A stretch of 63,975 nucleotides of DNA, counting the filler, from Basidiobolus ranarum (lineage: Eukaryota), in assembly GCA_040143965.1 (NCBI GenBank). It is 3 parts of 3 records of this genome, joined end to end, with 100 filler letters (N's around TTAATTAATTAA, not from the genome) between each part and the next. Parts side by side here need not be neighbours in the genome. Positions count along the whole stretch, not along the records: positions 22,654 to 45,147 come from JASJQH010007060.1; positions 45,248 to 63,975 come from JASJQH010007144.1; 1 more part is not named here. One strand, written 5' to 3'. The notes below the pieces were generated by a model that saw only the letters and a list, made by a program, of their open reading frames with translations, was not told the DNA's origin and did not search any database. A program made the translations under genes and the position numbers. Positions 40,430 to 53,643 of this stretch are shown here, one piece after another (within the stretch, counting starts at the first letter, position 1; each line of letters starts with the position of its first letter).

Positions 40430-40852
40430 GCTGGTAAAGCATATTGATGTTGTTGAGTTATTTCTGATCAGTCAAGTATGTGCATATGTAGAGTCTAAAC
40501 ACAACTATATTCCTCTATTTCCTGATTCACAATATGGCTGGAATACAAAGCCCAAAATATTTAAATAAAGGCATGCATATTAATTCAAATTCCTACAGTA
40601 GTAAACCCATTTATTTAGCATTTGAAAATTTGATTTTTGCAAAAATGGTTGGAAATTGAAAAACACATGCCAAAAATGAGAGTCAATATTTTAACATGTA
40701 TGAATACAATAAAAATACCATCATGAAACTGCCATGACACCATCAAAATCCCTGGCAGAATGTAGCCACCAATTTTGTGATGGCTCTCTGATGGTATTGT
40801 GATCCAGAAGGGTGGATCCAAACCTGAGCAAATCAATTTTATTTTTGTTAGG
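40430..40852 (+). mobile_element. CACTA 3' region (second copy) with candidate right terminus
   Basis: Homologous to about 39357-39615; ends ATTTTTGTTAGG, an imperfect inverse of C(A/C)CTAACAGAAAT, exactly where the adjacent Copia frame breaks. Confidence 0.55.
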
Positions 40853-43800
40853 TTAAAGAAATAAGTATCCTGTTATAGTTCTCCTGTCTTCAGTATCTCT
40901 TCCCCAATCTGCATCTGAATATCCCTTCAGATCAAAGTTTGATCCAGAATATGTGTATTTTAAGCATTGATCCACAGTACCTTTCAAATATCTGATAATG
41001 CACTTAACTGCCACAATTTGATCAGATCCATCATTTTGAAGACATTGGAATATACTTTGTGAGAATATGCAACATCTAGCCATGTTGTAACCATGATATA
41101 CATCAAGCTACCAACCATAGATTGGCAAGGAAATTTCTGGCTTTCATTTGTATCCAAGAATGTTTGATTTGTGCCATTTCAGGTCAAGTTAATATTTGTA
41201 GCCTTTAGGATAGATACTGGTTTACATTCTTCCACTTGAAACTTTTTTAGTATTTCTAGTATTTACTCAGACTGCAAGAACATCTCATTTGAGCCATTTA
41301 TGGTTAAGTTAAGATTTGTCTCCATTGGAGTAGATACTGGATTACATTCTTCCATATTAAACTTCTTTAGTATATCTAGGATATACTTAGACTGGTTTAA
41401 AGTTATTGTTTTAGTAGTTTGATCTATCTTAATTTGGATTCCAAGATTGTACCTCAGTTTACCAAGATCAGTCATTTTGAATTTGGCAGATAAGCTGGAT
41501 TTGGTTTTCTACAGAGTCTTCAAGTCATTGGTAGCTATAATAAAGTCATCACCATATAAGGCTCATAAAGCTGTGTTTACCATATCTGGCCTAAAGCAGA
41601 TGCTATAGTCAGCATTACTCTTTAGGAATTTGAGTGTTTCCAAAATTGCATCTTTCTTGTTATTCCAAGCTCATGGATATTGTTTTAGGTCATAAAGTAT
41701 TTTCCAAAGTCTGCAAGCTTTTTAGGGTTTTCTGGGTCCACAAATCCATCTGCCTGATCTATATAGCTCTGGTCAGCAAGCTCATCATTCAAAAGAGCAG
41801 CTTTAACTTCTATTTGATATATGGTAAACTGATATTTAGCTGAAATTGCCAAATTCAATCAATCCAATTAAACTTTGCTACAGGAGCAAAGTTTTTATAT
41901 AATAAAGTACTGACGTCTGGGAATAGCTTTTGACTAGCAGTCTAGCCTTTTACTGCTCTGTATTGCTGTTAGAGCTGTTTTTAATTTCAAACACCTACTG
42001 GCTTTCAATTGATTTATTATGAGCAGATAAGTTGGTTAAAATCCAATTTTAGTTATTGATCAAAACCTGGTACTCCTCAGCCATGGCAGATCTCTAAAAT
42101 TCTGTTTGAGGGCCATTCAGGGCATCTTTTACAGTCTGGGGTTCTTGCATTTGAGCTGTGTAGGCATAGGCCCAATTTTAGACTTCATTGATATAGTATT
42201 CAGGGAAATTTCTGATCTAATATAATCTCCTGGTTTGGGATAAAGGTACTATAGCTTCTGGCATTGCATTGGGCACTTTAGTTGGCAAATTTTGGCTCAA
42301 AGGCCACACAAATGCCATATTCTTCATTGTTTTGGTTTGTAGCTTTTCATCAACATGTGAGGGCATCTTGGGTGAAAATTTTACATTTTCATCTAACAAA
42401 ACACCCCTGGACTTGATTAACTTTCAAATTTTGGTATTATAGAGTCTGTAGGCTTTAGTTTGAGTACTATGACCCAGAAGTATGCACTTCTTACTTTTTG
42501 GTTTAAATTTGGACCAATTTTTGGTCAAAATTTTGACATAAGCAATGCATCCAAACAGCCTCAAACATTTTACATCAAGTTTAACTACAAAACTAGCTTG
42601 ACATGGTACAGAGTTAGACAGACTTCTAGTAAAACTCCTATTCCTCAGATATATAGCTATAGCAACAGATACTACCCAAAAGTTAAGACATAAATTTTGA
42701 GCATTTGGCATAAATCTTGCCATTTCTATTATAGACCTGCTGGCTCTTTCAGCAACTCTGTTTTGTTCAGGTGGATAGGGTGCAGTAACTTCTTGCTCAA
42801 TTCCATGAGCTTTGCAAAAGTGCTTGAATAGTGTTGAAGTATATTCTCTGCCATTAACAGTATGTATTTTCTTGATTTTAGTACCAGTTTCAATCTCCAT
42901 AAGATTTTAAAATCCCTAAAGCTAGAAAGAGCCACCTCTTTCCTTTTCATAAAGTAGGCCCAAGTGTATCTTGTATCATCATCAAAAAATGTGATTACAT
43001 CTCTTTTTCTTCCTAAAGATTAATCTAGGTCTAAGGAAATCTGAATGAATTAGCTCCAATTTGTTGACAGATTTGATTAAACCGGAGTACTTGAATGGTT
43101 GCTTGGCTTGTTCACCATATATACAATCCTCACAAATTACTATTGTGGTTGGGGATCAATTTGAATTCCAGAAATTAGGCAATTTTTGATCCCTTTGCTC
43201 ATATAATCAAATCCAATAGGACTAAATCTCTTATGCCATAATTTAATATTTTCTTGATTGGGATAATATTTATTTACACATAAACCTCTTGGACTATATT
43301 TAAGTGTGCATTTATTCTGATCCTTTTCTCCCAAAGCCAAATAACTCCCATTTAGATCAGTGATGATGCATCCCAAAAAATCAAAATTGAATTTGAGCCC
43401 TTCTGAGGTGGTCTTGCATACAGATACCAGATTTTTTGGCAATATCTGAACATGAATTACAATCTTAAAAGTATACAGTTTCTCTTCATAAGCTCCAGTC
43501 AAATTGACTTGAACTTTTTTCCATTCCTATGGCATCCAATGCATGGTCATCTTGCATGAAAACCTTTTTAATTGGGATTTCTTCATAATCCACAAACCTA
43601 TATTTCACATTTGTGACATGTCAGGAGACTCCAGAATCATTATACCATGTCTAAAATCCTTGTTGGTATTCATAGATAGCACAGATATGAACAAGTGCTC
43701 TTCTCTTGTAACAACATTTCCAAATTCAGTATGTTTTTCTTCTTTTGCAATTCATTTAAAGAAATCTTTGCTTAAATATATAATTGGAGGTCAAGGTTTC

Positions 43801-44108
43801 AGTTCCTTATTGTAGGACCATTACTAGGCTTTGAAACTTGTGTGGCAGGCTGTTCACAACTGTACATATAATCTCTTGATCAGTAGTAGGTACTCCAATG
43901 TATTCTATTTCATCCACTAAAATAGTAACTCTATTAATTAGTTATTTAATGTCTTCTCCTTACTCATCTTTAAGTTAAAGAATGGTCTTCTCAGAAACAT
44001 CTTGCTTGCAGCAGAACCTGTTTGGTAGACATCTTCCAAGGCTATCCATTCCTTCTTGGCAGATTTAGCCCTTGAACAATGAATTAGCAATTTGTCTTTG
44101 ACATTAAT
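40853..44108 (-). mobile_element. Decayed Ty1/Copia gag-pol (family A, second copy)
   Basis: Collinear with 22654-25495; APYPPEQNRVAER, MTDLG, GYSDADWG; about 120-bp internal tandem duplication at 41155-41395. Confidence 0.92.
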
Positions 44109-45147
44109 CCCTAACAGAAATAGGAGTATTGTTATTGTAGGAAAAGCATCAAAATTTTAATCCATTTTGGATTGACTGTTTACTTACCATCATAAAATTT
44201 TCAAGTCACATTTGTTTTTAATCAATTTTTTCAGTTTCAGGAGTGAAATTTCAAGAACTCACAAAATAGTTGCCCATGATTGTCTACAATCTCAGAGAAA
44301 TATGGATCAACACATGTGCAAAAAATGTGATTCAAATTTAATACATTTACCACTTGAATGCTAATTTGTCACCTTAGTATTCCTAGTCTCTTTGATGTAT
44401 TCTCCTGAATATTTTCAAAGTGTTCTTCATACCAAAGGTTTAGCTCATATCAAGCACATGTTTCTATCAATATCTCCATCAAAGCCCACCATTGTATTAA
44501 TCCTGCTAAATCAACATTCTTCCAGCTATCTGGCAGATACCCTGCAATATTGTACCACTCCATATTAAGTTTTTCCCAGATATTTCCACAGTCAACACTG
44601 GACTAAATATCAAGTTGAATATTCTGCTTCCGAAGCCACCTTCTGCATACTTGCACAGCATTTTTCCCTTTATAGTTTTGAAAATACTCCTCAAGCACTT
44701 TGACTATTTTTATATGTCTCTATAGTGTGACACTACTGAGGGTGCTTTGCGGTGTTTGTGCGGCTTTTTGCTTGCCTTTACCTTTGGGACTAATTTCAAC
44801 ACTTTGAAAAGTACCAGTTGAGGTTGGAGAGCCGTGAGTTTTATTTGCTGGTGTTTTGGCTTGTTGAGAGGTGCCAGGTGTTGGATAAACTTCCGAATTT
44901 AGCACTCTTCCAACTGGTGTACCCGGTTCCATGGTGAAATTAAGCTTTTTTGCCAGTATATCTGACTCTGGAATTGCAGATCTTTGTAATGGTGTGAAGA
45001 ATTTGGTAAGTGGGACAGTAGAGCCTAAACTCACTGGCTCCTTTGCTTTTCCCTTGGGTTTACTAACTTCCTGCTCCTTCAGTACTTCTTTAGCTGCTTT
45101 TCTTTCTTTTCCAAGTCGATAATTGCGTACATTTTTGAGATGTTTCA
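44109..45147. mobile_element. CACTA/CMC left arm, second copy, with 3' part of ORF-X (minus)
   Basis: Begins CCCTAACAGAAAT; collinear with 26406-27445; less decayed reading frame. Confidence 0.7.
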
Positions 45148-45246
45148 NNNNNNNNNNNNNNNNNNNNNNNNNNNNNNNNNNNNNNNNNNNNTTAATTAAT
45201 TAANNNNNNNNNNNNNNNNNNNNNNNNNNNNNNNNNNNNNNNNNNN
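45148..45246. other. Assembly gap with artificial six-frame-stop linker
   Basis: N-run, TTAATTAATTAA, N-run. Confidence 0.97.
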
Positions 45247-45566
45247 NGTTTCCGGTTGCGGTCTTTTACTGACATTACTAACCGCACTCATATATCTCCC
45301 ACGTAATGGTTACCATTTCACTAGACAGTATGGATACTGTTTGATAGGAATCTACTTCATTTGTATGTGTGTCAATGTAGCAATAGAGATAGTGACTGAA
45401 TGATAGTACCAACGTTCATAGAACCCAAAAGGGAGGGGGAAAAACCAAGTTATATATGAAGTTAATTAATAAATCAAACTTTCTTATGAACAGTGTAACC
45501 ACTTTTATTACAGATAAATCAAATATGATTAATCATAGTAAATAGGTGAATTTCAAGTAAGAAAGC

Positions 45567-46328
45567 TTATTTGTTCAAGAGGATACCATCGTACTTCTGC
45601 TTGAACCACTTCTGGGTCTCTTCCTTGGTAACACGGTGAGAGAAACCAACCTTGGATTGGCATCTCTTTCTACGGCTAACACGGAAACCGGGACGACCCA
45701 AGACAACGAAGAAGTTCATACCATAAATACCAATGGAAGGATCATACTTGATACCTAAATCGATATGTTCTTGGATACCGAAACCGAAGTTTCCAGTGGA
45801 AGAGAAGTTGGATTTCTTAAGTTCGTATTCCTTGACCTTCAAGCCACGCTCCAAAATTTCCTCGGCCTTAGGACCACGGACAGTAGTGTGAACAGCAATC
45901 TTTTCATTACGACGAATACTGAAAGAACGGACGGTATAACGAGCCTTGGAATAGACGGGAGTTTGTCCGGTCAATTGTTCCAAAACTTTGGCAGCTCTGG
46001 TAAGTCTATCTCCAGATTCACCGACACAGATGTTAAGAACGAGTTTTTCAATACGCAATTCGCGCATGGTGTTGGTAGAAGGGGTAGCTTCGGCAGCCTA
46101 GAATGATTTAAAATGATTTAGTTAATTTAATCCTCTTATTATCCGTGAGTTCATAGATAAATCGTTGAAGTTCAAGATGGATGGATTCAATATATCCTAT
46201 GGATGGTTGTATTGACTCAATATACCACCCAAAATAACCATCCTCATCCACCACTACAGTTCTACACACGATAACGAAGAACACTAATTAAAAAAAAATG
46301 CATTTCATTAAAAGAGAAAACTCACCAT
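45567..46328 (-). CDS. RPL11: 60S ribosomal protein uL5 (L11)
   Basis: ATG-only first coding exon (46326-46328), intron 46098-46325; [40 protein letters not shown]. Confidence 0.98.
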
Positions 46329-46873
46329 TTTCAAACTAGTTGCCACGTCTGCGTGTTGGGAAAGAAGGAGTCATTCAAGAGACCAACAAAAGATTTATTC
46401 GAGTGAATTCAGCTTTTGGTCCCGAGTAAATAAAGTCCATTGAATGCTCACAAAAAGAAAATCTATAAAAATTCATTTTTTAAAAAAAAAATCCTCATCA
46501 AACAATTTAATTATCCATCTTCTGCATTCTGTCACTGAATTCGATGTTTTCTATTCATCGGTATTTAGATTTCAAATGAATTCGCGCTTAATAGTTTCAA
46601 CATCATGTAAGCGTTCAAATGAACACACTGGTGATTTGTTGTCACTTGCGGTGTACGATATAGTGATATAAAGCTTTATTATAAACAAAATTCGTGACTA
46701 AGAAGAACCAGTGAACAATGATATCAACGCCAATACCTACATAAAGCGTTTAAAAGCGTGAAAAAAATACATGGGTCAAAATGAGTAGGTTGGATTTTTA
46801 AACGATCAATTGTGTTCTATAAAACGTGGTCATACTATTAAAAAGATGGCATGATGAAATTGGGATAGAATGA

Positions 46874-47655
46874 TTACAGCACGATACAACTCCGCATAGC
46901 TTTTTTAGTACCAAGGCTGATGGCGGCGCGCGCAGCGGCCTCAAAAACTTCATCTACTCCAGTTCCAATTTTGGCTGAGCATTCCATGTAGCTTCGTGCC
47001 TGTATCTGACGAGCCATTGTTTCTCCCTAAAAAATTTTAAACAAAAACCAATAACAGTCAATATCATTAACCATATAAATACAATGATGGTATAAAAAGG
47101 TTTACCTCTTGATAAGTGACAGGGACCATACCTCGTCTAGCGAGACTGGCAATGGTAGAAGAATCCTGACGAAGATCTTGCTTACAACCGATGAGGAAAA
47201 AAGGAACATTTTTCAAGAAGTGTTCAATTTCAGGATGCCACTATAAAACCATAAAAGGTTAGTGTTTCGAACGAAGGCAAAGATGCTAGAAGATGACGTA
47301 CTCTTTCAGCGATATTACTTAATGAAATGGGATTATCAATTCCGAATGCTAAAATAACCACATGGGTCTCAGGGTAAGAGAGAGGACGAAGACGATCATA
47401 CTCTTCCTGGCCGGCAGTATCCCACAAAGATAAATCGATCACTTTTCGATTGACTTGTACACGAGCGACGTAATTTTCAAAAACAGTAGGAGCGTATGTC
47501 TAGAGTAGTAAACATTAGTATGTTGGGTTTTGCACATAATATAAAAAGGAAATACGCACAGCAGGGAACTCATTCTTGGCATACACCATAAGTAGACAGG
47601 TTTTACCACAGGCACCATCACCAACAATAACCAGCTTTCTGCGAAGATAGGTCAT
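46874..47655 (-). CDS. Rho-family small GTPase (Rho1/Rho4-like), 3 introns
   Basis: [51 protein letters not shown] box CIVL. Confidence 0.95.
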
Positions 47656-48578
47656 CTGTTACAATTGTGTTAAAAGGAAGAGGTTGCAACTCTAGAGATG
47701 GAGTGTAGGTGTATATAGAATTGTTCAAGGTAAAGTAGAAATAAGAAAACTCCGTCTTAGAGTAATACAGGCAGTTCTAAGGATTATGTATAGAGAAGAG
47801 AAGTCAAAAAACTATTAAACAAAGGAGAAAGTGTAACAGACACCTTCGAAAAGGGGTCAGAGATAGTGAATTCTAGTACAAAAGATGCGGTAGAATATCC
47901 CACAAGAACAAATACTGATCAAGTTGAAACTATCCATTCCCAAGATTACCTTATATGCATGTAAACAAAAGATAGATTGGAGATCATTGTTTTGGTTATT
48001 CTTTGAATTTCATTGGTTGATGAGCAGCGATACATCCACATTATATTACACAATTCTTAATGGCAATGGATGAGGTATAGATCGGAACTATCAGGTCCAG
48101 AATGAATCCCAATATTCATAATTCATCGTTGCGAAACTCTGCTGCATAACTCAAATTATGGCTATATTTAATACATCGTGAAGGTGGTAAAATATCGGAT
48201 TTATACCAAACAACTGGTCATCTTATCTATAAAAAGTTCAAACCGCCCAATTAACCAATTAGGCTTAATTATACAAAAGATACCCATGCACTCTGGGACA
48301 AAAAACCAATCATCGACTTCAGTGGCTTAAGGTTTGAACCAACTTTTTCTGATCATGGGGAGAGTGGCATTCATGTGTCTAGTCGTAGAGCCACTAGTAC
48401 ATAAATATTCCGGAAGAGATGTACGATATGCTTTAATACCTTGAGTGGGATTGTGCGTTTATTTGATATAAGAATGATACATATAAGACATATTTCATCT
48501 ATTGAATTAGAAACAAATTGATCGGAGTAGGCAAAGTCATCGTAAAAATAAAAACATGGATTTTTTGATTGCAAATGC

Positions 48579-49738
48579 TTATTGACCACGACCTGGAGGT
48601 GGACCAGGAGGTCTCATACCAGGAGGAGTAGGTCTGTAACCAGGAGGGGCTTGGCCAGGGACAAAGCTAGTAGATTGAATTCAAATTAAAAAGGGTTCTT
48701 GAAGATAATAAATGAGGAGAACTTACCCTGGTGGTGGACCTCCGCGGCCAGGGAAACCAGGAGGAGCACCTGGCATACCAGCAGGAGGTCTCATACCTGG
48801 AGGAACAGGTCTATATCCAGGTGGTGGGCCTCCAGGCATGCCAGGTGGCATACCAGGTCTAAAGCCCATTGGAGGCATTCCAGGTCTTGGTGCCATTCCT
48901 GGTGGGCCACCGGGCATTGGTGGACGACCATAAGAGACGGGAGGAGCAGAAGCAGAGGGCATACCAGGTCCACGAGGCATCATCATTGATGGAGCAGGGC
49001 CACCAACACCACGAACAGGTCCACCGAGACCTATACAATAAAATATTGTTGAATATTAATGGTTTCATCCGAAGGCACACATATTTTGACATAAATACAT
49101 ACCCATAGGTGCCATGCCTGGAGGAGCTACTGGAAGACCTCTACCAGCAGGTCTACCCATACCTGGACCAGCGGCAAGCTTGAGAAAGCAAGATAAGAAT
49201 AAGTGCCAAGAACGTGTCTAAACCATAGTCTTTGAGAACATATACCTGAGATAATCTACTCTTTTGATCATCAACAGAAGGTGGTGGTGGACCTTCAACA
49301 CTTAAGCTTACAACGATTTCTCCTCTGATAATAACTAAGCCCAAGGTTCTCTTTTCTTCTAAATCGGGTTGTCCTTGAGGGACCTTTGAGCCACTCTTAG
49401 ACTTGATCTTTCTAAACTCTTCACAATCGGCCATAACTAAGTTCATATGCTTATCAAAGGCAAGCATTTGTCCTATTAAGACTCGAGAATCGGACAGAGT
49501 GATCCGGAGTCTATAGTTGATTAGATTCAACATCTTTGAGCCTTTTGAGACCGACTAGAGAAAATACATGTGTTAATAAGGATTTCTTTCGTGTTTCAAG
49601 CTTAATATTAAAATATTAGAAGAATAAGAACAACGATCACGCGTCAATCAAAATAAATAAAAAGTTCCAAGCAAACGCAAACGGTAAACATAAACGGGGA
49701 ATGCTATTGTGTAATATAAAGTCGTAATAACGTACCAT
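48579..49738 (-). CDS. SMB1: snRNP core protein SmB, 4 introns
   Basis: [40 protein letters not shown], Pro/Gly/Met-rich tail; ATG-only first coding exon. Confidence 0.95.
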
Positions 49739-50239
49739 CTTGAAAGCAATTTGTCTGAAGATCGAAGTTCAGACGTAACGTAACTTTGAAGAGAAAACTC
49801 GACGAGAAAACTGTGAAAAAAAGACCCCAATAAGATAGATCAACGTAATGAGCTAAACTATTTCGTGTACAAAATTGACCATACACGTGATTCTCAGTAG
49901 TAAAGTGATTCATTTTTTTTCGACCTTTAAGTAAACATTGCTATCTCAACCCTAACCCTATCCATCACAGTGAAAGTGATCAAGTGAACCATTGTGATGA
50001 TGATTGAATGGCACTTCTTGGTTCGACTAAACAAGTAGGTTAAAAATCTTGCTTAGATTCTATTAATTATGGCAATTACATTCGACACCATCAAAATAAT
50101 CGTGTTTTACTAAAGTTAGGGAAGATAAAATGTGAGAACTAAAATTTTTTACAATTGAGTGCAAGAGCTCAGAAATACTGGAGTGAATTTAACCTGACTT
50201 GATACTTCGTAGTTTTCTCATTTTTTGGTTCGATAAGAA

Positions 50240-51216
50240 ATGTTTCACGTACGTTCTTTAGGTCGACTTGCCAGACCACTTCAGTATCAACAGAGAAGCT
50301 TTCTCCATGAGCTGTCTTCTCTTCCTTACTCCGCCGAACATGGTCTCAAACCCCTATTCTCACCCAAGGCTTTGAATGTTATTTATGCCAAGAACCAACA
50401 AAAGCTTATTGACCGCCTCAATTCCTTAGTTGCTGGTAATAATAGACTCAATGTGTAGAGTACAAGCTTTATAGACAATATCGCTCACTTTATTTCCATT
50501 AGGCACCGAGCATGAAGACCAGAACGTATTTGAAACTATGATTATGACATACAAACAGCCCTCAAAAGCTGCTATTTACAACTATGCTTCCCAAGCCTGG
50601 AACACCGATTTTTTCCTTCAAACTTTGGTAATTATAGGCTCAATTATTCTACTTTAACAGAAACCATCATGCTAACTTTTTTCCAGACTACTGACCCCAG
50701 ACCTATCAAGGAGGACCTCAAGATTAGAATTGCCCGTGATTTCGGTAGTCTCGAAGGTTTCAAAGAGCGTTTTGCTAAAGGAGCTTCTTCCCTCTTCGGC
50801 AGTGGTTGGACCTGGTATTGTTATTATTTTAAGTCACTTTTAGCTCTTCTCTAGAGGAGTACGAACTGTAGTACTAAACCTACTGCTTTTCCAGGTTAGT
50901 CGAGGATGAGCGTGGTGTTTTACGTATTATAAATACGTACAATTCGGGCAACCCAATCACCACTGGACGTCTCCAACAATTTGATGCAAACACTACTAGT
51001 GGTGCCGAGGAGATGAGTGATCCTGAGAGTGATAAGGCATCTACTCAAAAGCCTACTGGTGCTTATGCTCCTGTTTTGGGCTTGAACATGTGGGAGCATG
51101 CGTATGTTGTTGACTTCGGAGTTGATGGAAAGGAGAAGTATATCGAGGCTTTCTGGGAATCCGTAGATTGGGAGAAGGTTCACAGTCGTGTGATTCGAAC
51201 CCCTCTTCGTGCTTAA
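50240..51216 (+). CDS. Fe/Mn-SOD-fold protein lacking metal ligands, probably mitoribosomal small-subunit protein (Rsm26/mS42-like), 3 introns
   Basis: Mitochondrial-type presequence; NYASQAWNTDFF, FGSGWTWL, LNMWEHAY (N in place of the ligand D; N-terminal His ligands absent). Confidence 0.8.
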
Positions 51217-51638
51217 CTGCAACGTAGATTTTCCAATACAGCATAGAATTTACCAAAAAACAAAGTTTCATTCAGGTTTTTTACCAATTCAAAGATCTAT
51301 TGTCACCTGTCACATACATTATTTTCCACACTCTTTTAACATTTCTTTCAACTTGATTCCGTCGGAAGATGTGAGCATAATAAAAGCTTCCTTGATGCTA
51401 GATCCTTTGTTTAATTTGTAATCATCAGCTTTAAACCAATATTGCATTGTCCATTGGTTGCATTCATCAGTTACCCATGGCGTAAATTACGTCCGGGGTA
51501 ATATTGTTACGTGTAACTTACAACGTAACCAATCAATTTGAAGAATAATCATCCAAGGAGCCTGTCGCTATTTTATGATTCAATTTGTTCCATTGCTCCT
51601 TATCTACTTTGTAAGCAATTTTTAACGGGTTAGAAATT

Positions 51639-52482
51639 ATGCCACGTCCCAAGTATCAAATTTGGAAATACTACGAAGAAGTAACGGAGGGACAAAAACC
51701 CAGAGCGAAATGCTCATACTGTCAAAGAGTATTTGCACCCAACCCTCAACGTATGGAAAGACACTTGGCGGTAGGATTTTTCATAACCATATTTATCGTG
51801 TTGAGTTGTTTCGGCAAAATAACTTTTAACGCGAGTTATATAACGTGATATTTATTGTTCAAGTATTTCTACTTTGAATTTATCTTAGATATGTTCTGGT
51901 CAAGTTCCAGGAGATGTTCGCGAAGAAGTATGTCGTAGCAGTAATGCGCGTGGCCCGCCACCAGTGAATGGTTCTTTTGGGGTTTCTCCAGTGTCTTTTC
52001 CTAATCCTATTACTACTGGTCAAGCATTCCAATCACCAGAAAATCCTCTATTGGACTCTCCTTTAGTACAGACAAACCAGTTTAGACTCTCACCTGAAGA
52101 AGCCGTAGACTCCGATAGCGAAGATAATTCACTCTCCGCACCAAATATGCCACAGGTGCAGTCAGATTCATCCTTGAGAGGAATAAATGCTTCAAGAAGC
52201 AACTTGACTCCTCACGTTCCAACAGGCCTCTCAAATAACAGTGGGTCATTTTTTGTGCCACGAACTTCCATGACGCGTGATATAGATGAATCGCTGATCA
52301 AAGCGTTGGTGAGCGAAAATATCCCTTGGTCGTTCTTGGAGAATCCATACTTTCAAAACTTCTGCGAGTTATTATGTCCCGAGTATGAAGTTCCTTCCAA
52401 AACTCAACTAGCCTCTGGTATGGTGAATATGATGCATACCTCACAAAGAAATGGAAAACGTCAAAGAGGACATTTTAGTTGA
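51639..52482 (+). CDS. BED zinc-finger protein with hAT-type second domain, 241 aa
   Basis: join(51639-51770,51889-52482) in frame; IWKYY...AKCSYC...RMERHLAIC and NIPWSFLENPYFQNFCELLCPEYEVPS. Confidence 0.8.
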
Positions 52483-52863
52483 AGAGAAAATTTCTGATGT
52501 TGTCTCTTCTGTAAAAACGAACACTTCCCTACCACGTTACTGAACATTCTGTTACTAATTCATTTAAAAATTCCCTCGTAGAGTCATCACTTGCTTTCTC
52601 TGATTATATCATCAGATAAATGATAACATTTTGATTATTTACCAAGAGTGATTTGGAAGGTCTTTCGTCCATAGATTTTGAAGTGTACTTATGTAAATAA
52701 ACAAGATATAAAAGTCAAATTAATACCAACTACATGGCTGTACATCTGTATTGATCTGGTTTGAAACCTTAATGAGGGACTTTCTAGACTATTTACATTA
52801 TCATAGCTTGGAATTTGTAAGTATGCAGTAGATAAATATCTGGATGTTTAGAAAGGGTTTCTA

Positions 52864-53643
52864 TTAAAGTTGTGACAAACAACCTAACCAAAATAGAGGC
52901 ATCACCGAAAACAATAAACTATAGTACCAAATTCTGTGGTTGCTCTGTTCTTCAGATTCGGCTAAACCACCAACCAGATATCTAGTTAGGTAGCGATTGA
53001 CTCCAGTGTTAAGAAACCCGTCTACTCCATATACTATGATAAAAGCACCAGTGAATGAAGTGGAGAATGCAACATAGGTCGTCTCCAATTGAGAAGTGGT
53101 CAAAATTCCAGTTATCACAAAACTAACAACTAATGCGAAGCGATGTTGCTCAGAGATTAAAGTGGTGTATCTGGTAGCACACAATATATATAATCCAAAT
53201 AAGAAGCCTCCTAGAGCACCAATACATCCATAACTTAATCGCTCAGAAAAACCGAGAAGTTGGCCTCCTAGTAAACCAATGATGATTGCCATAGAGTTGT
53301 GGTTTGTGTTTTGTATAGAGTTTTTAGGGGCCCCGAATATTCTCAAGCAAGTCAGGCGAGTGAGTACTCCTATTGAATTGAAAGTACAAAAATTCAGATG
53401 GTTGTTTGGTTAGCAAGATCAAGGTTTATAATTACCAATAACTGTAAAACCAGAGAAGAAGGTAATGGTGGAAAAAGTATTTTGTCCATAGAAGCAGAAG
53501 AGACTTCCCATGATAATGAACATGATTGATCTTGTAGCCAATCGACCTTTACCCACTTCAGGGGCTTCCTCTTTGGTCTCTTGGGGGGTCTGGGGCTGAA
53601 CTTTCGGTGTACGAGCATTACGTTGTTGCGTACGGCGTGCCAT
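52864..53643 (-). CDS. Multi-pass membrane protein (DUF4203/TMEM198-like)
   Basis: GSLFCFYG...FFSGF, GALGGFLFG, STSFTGAFIIVYGVDGF; intron about 53370-53435; start uncertain. Confidence 0.7.

Noticed and set aside
46326..49738. ATG-only first coding exons in RPL11 and SMB1
   Set aside because: Common architecture in fungal housekeeping genes.
49963..50005. Hairpin CATCACAGTG/CATTGTGATG and ATGATGA as a possible C/D snoRNA
   Set aside because: No suitably placed D box or rRNA-complementary guide found.
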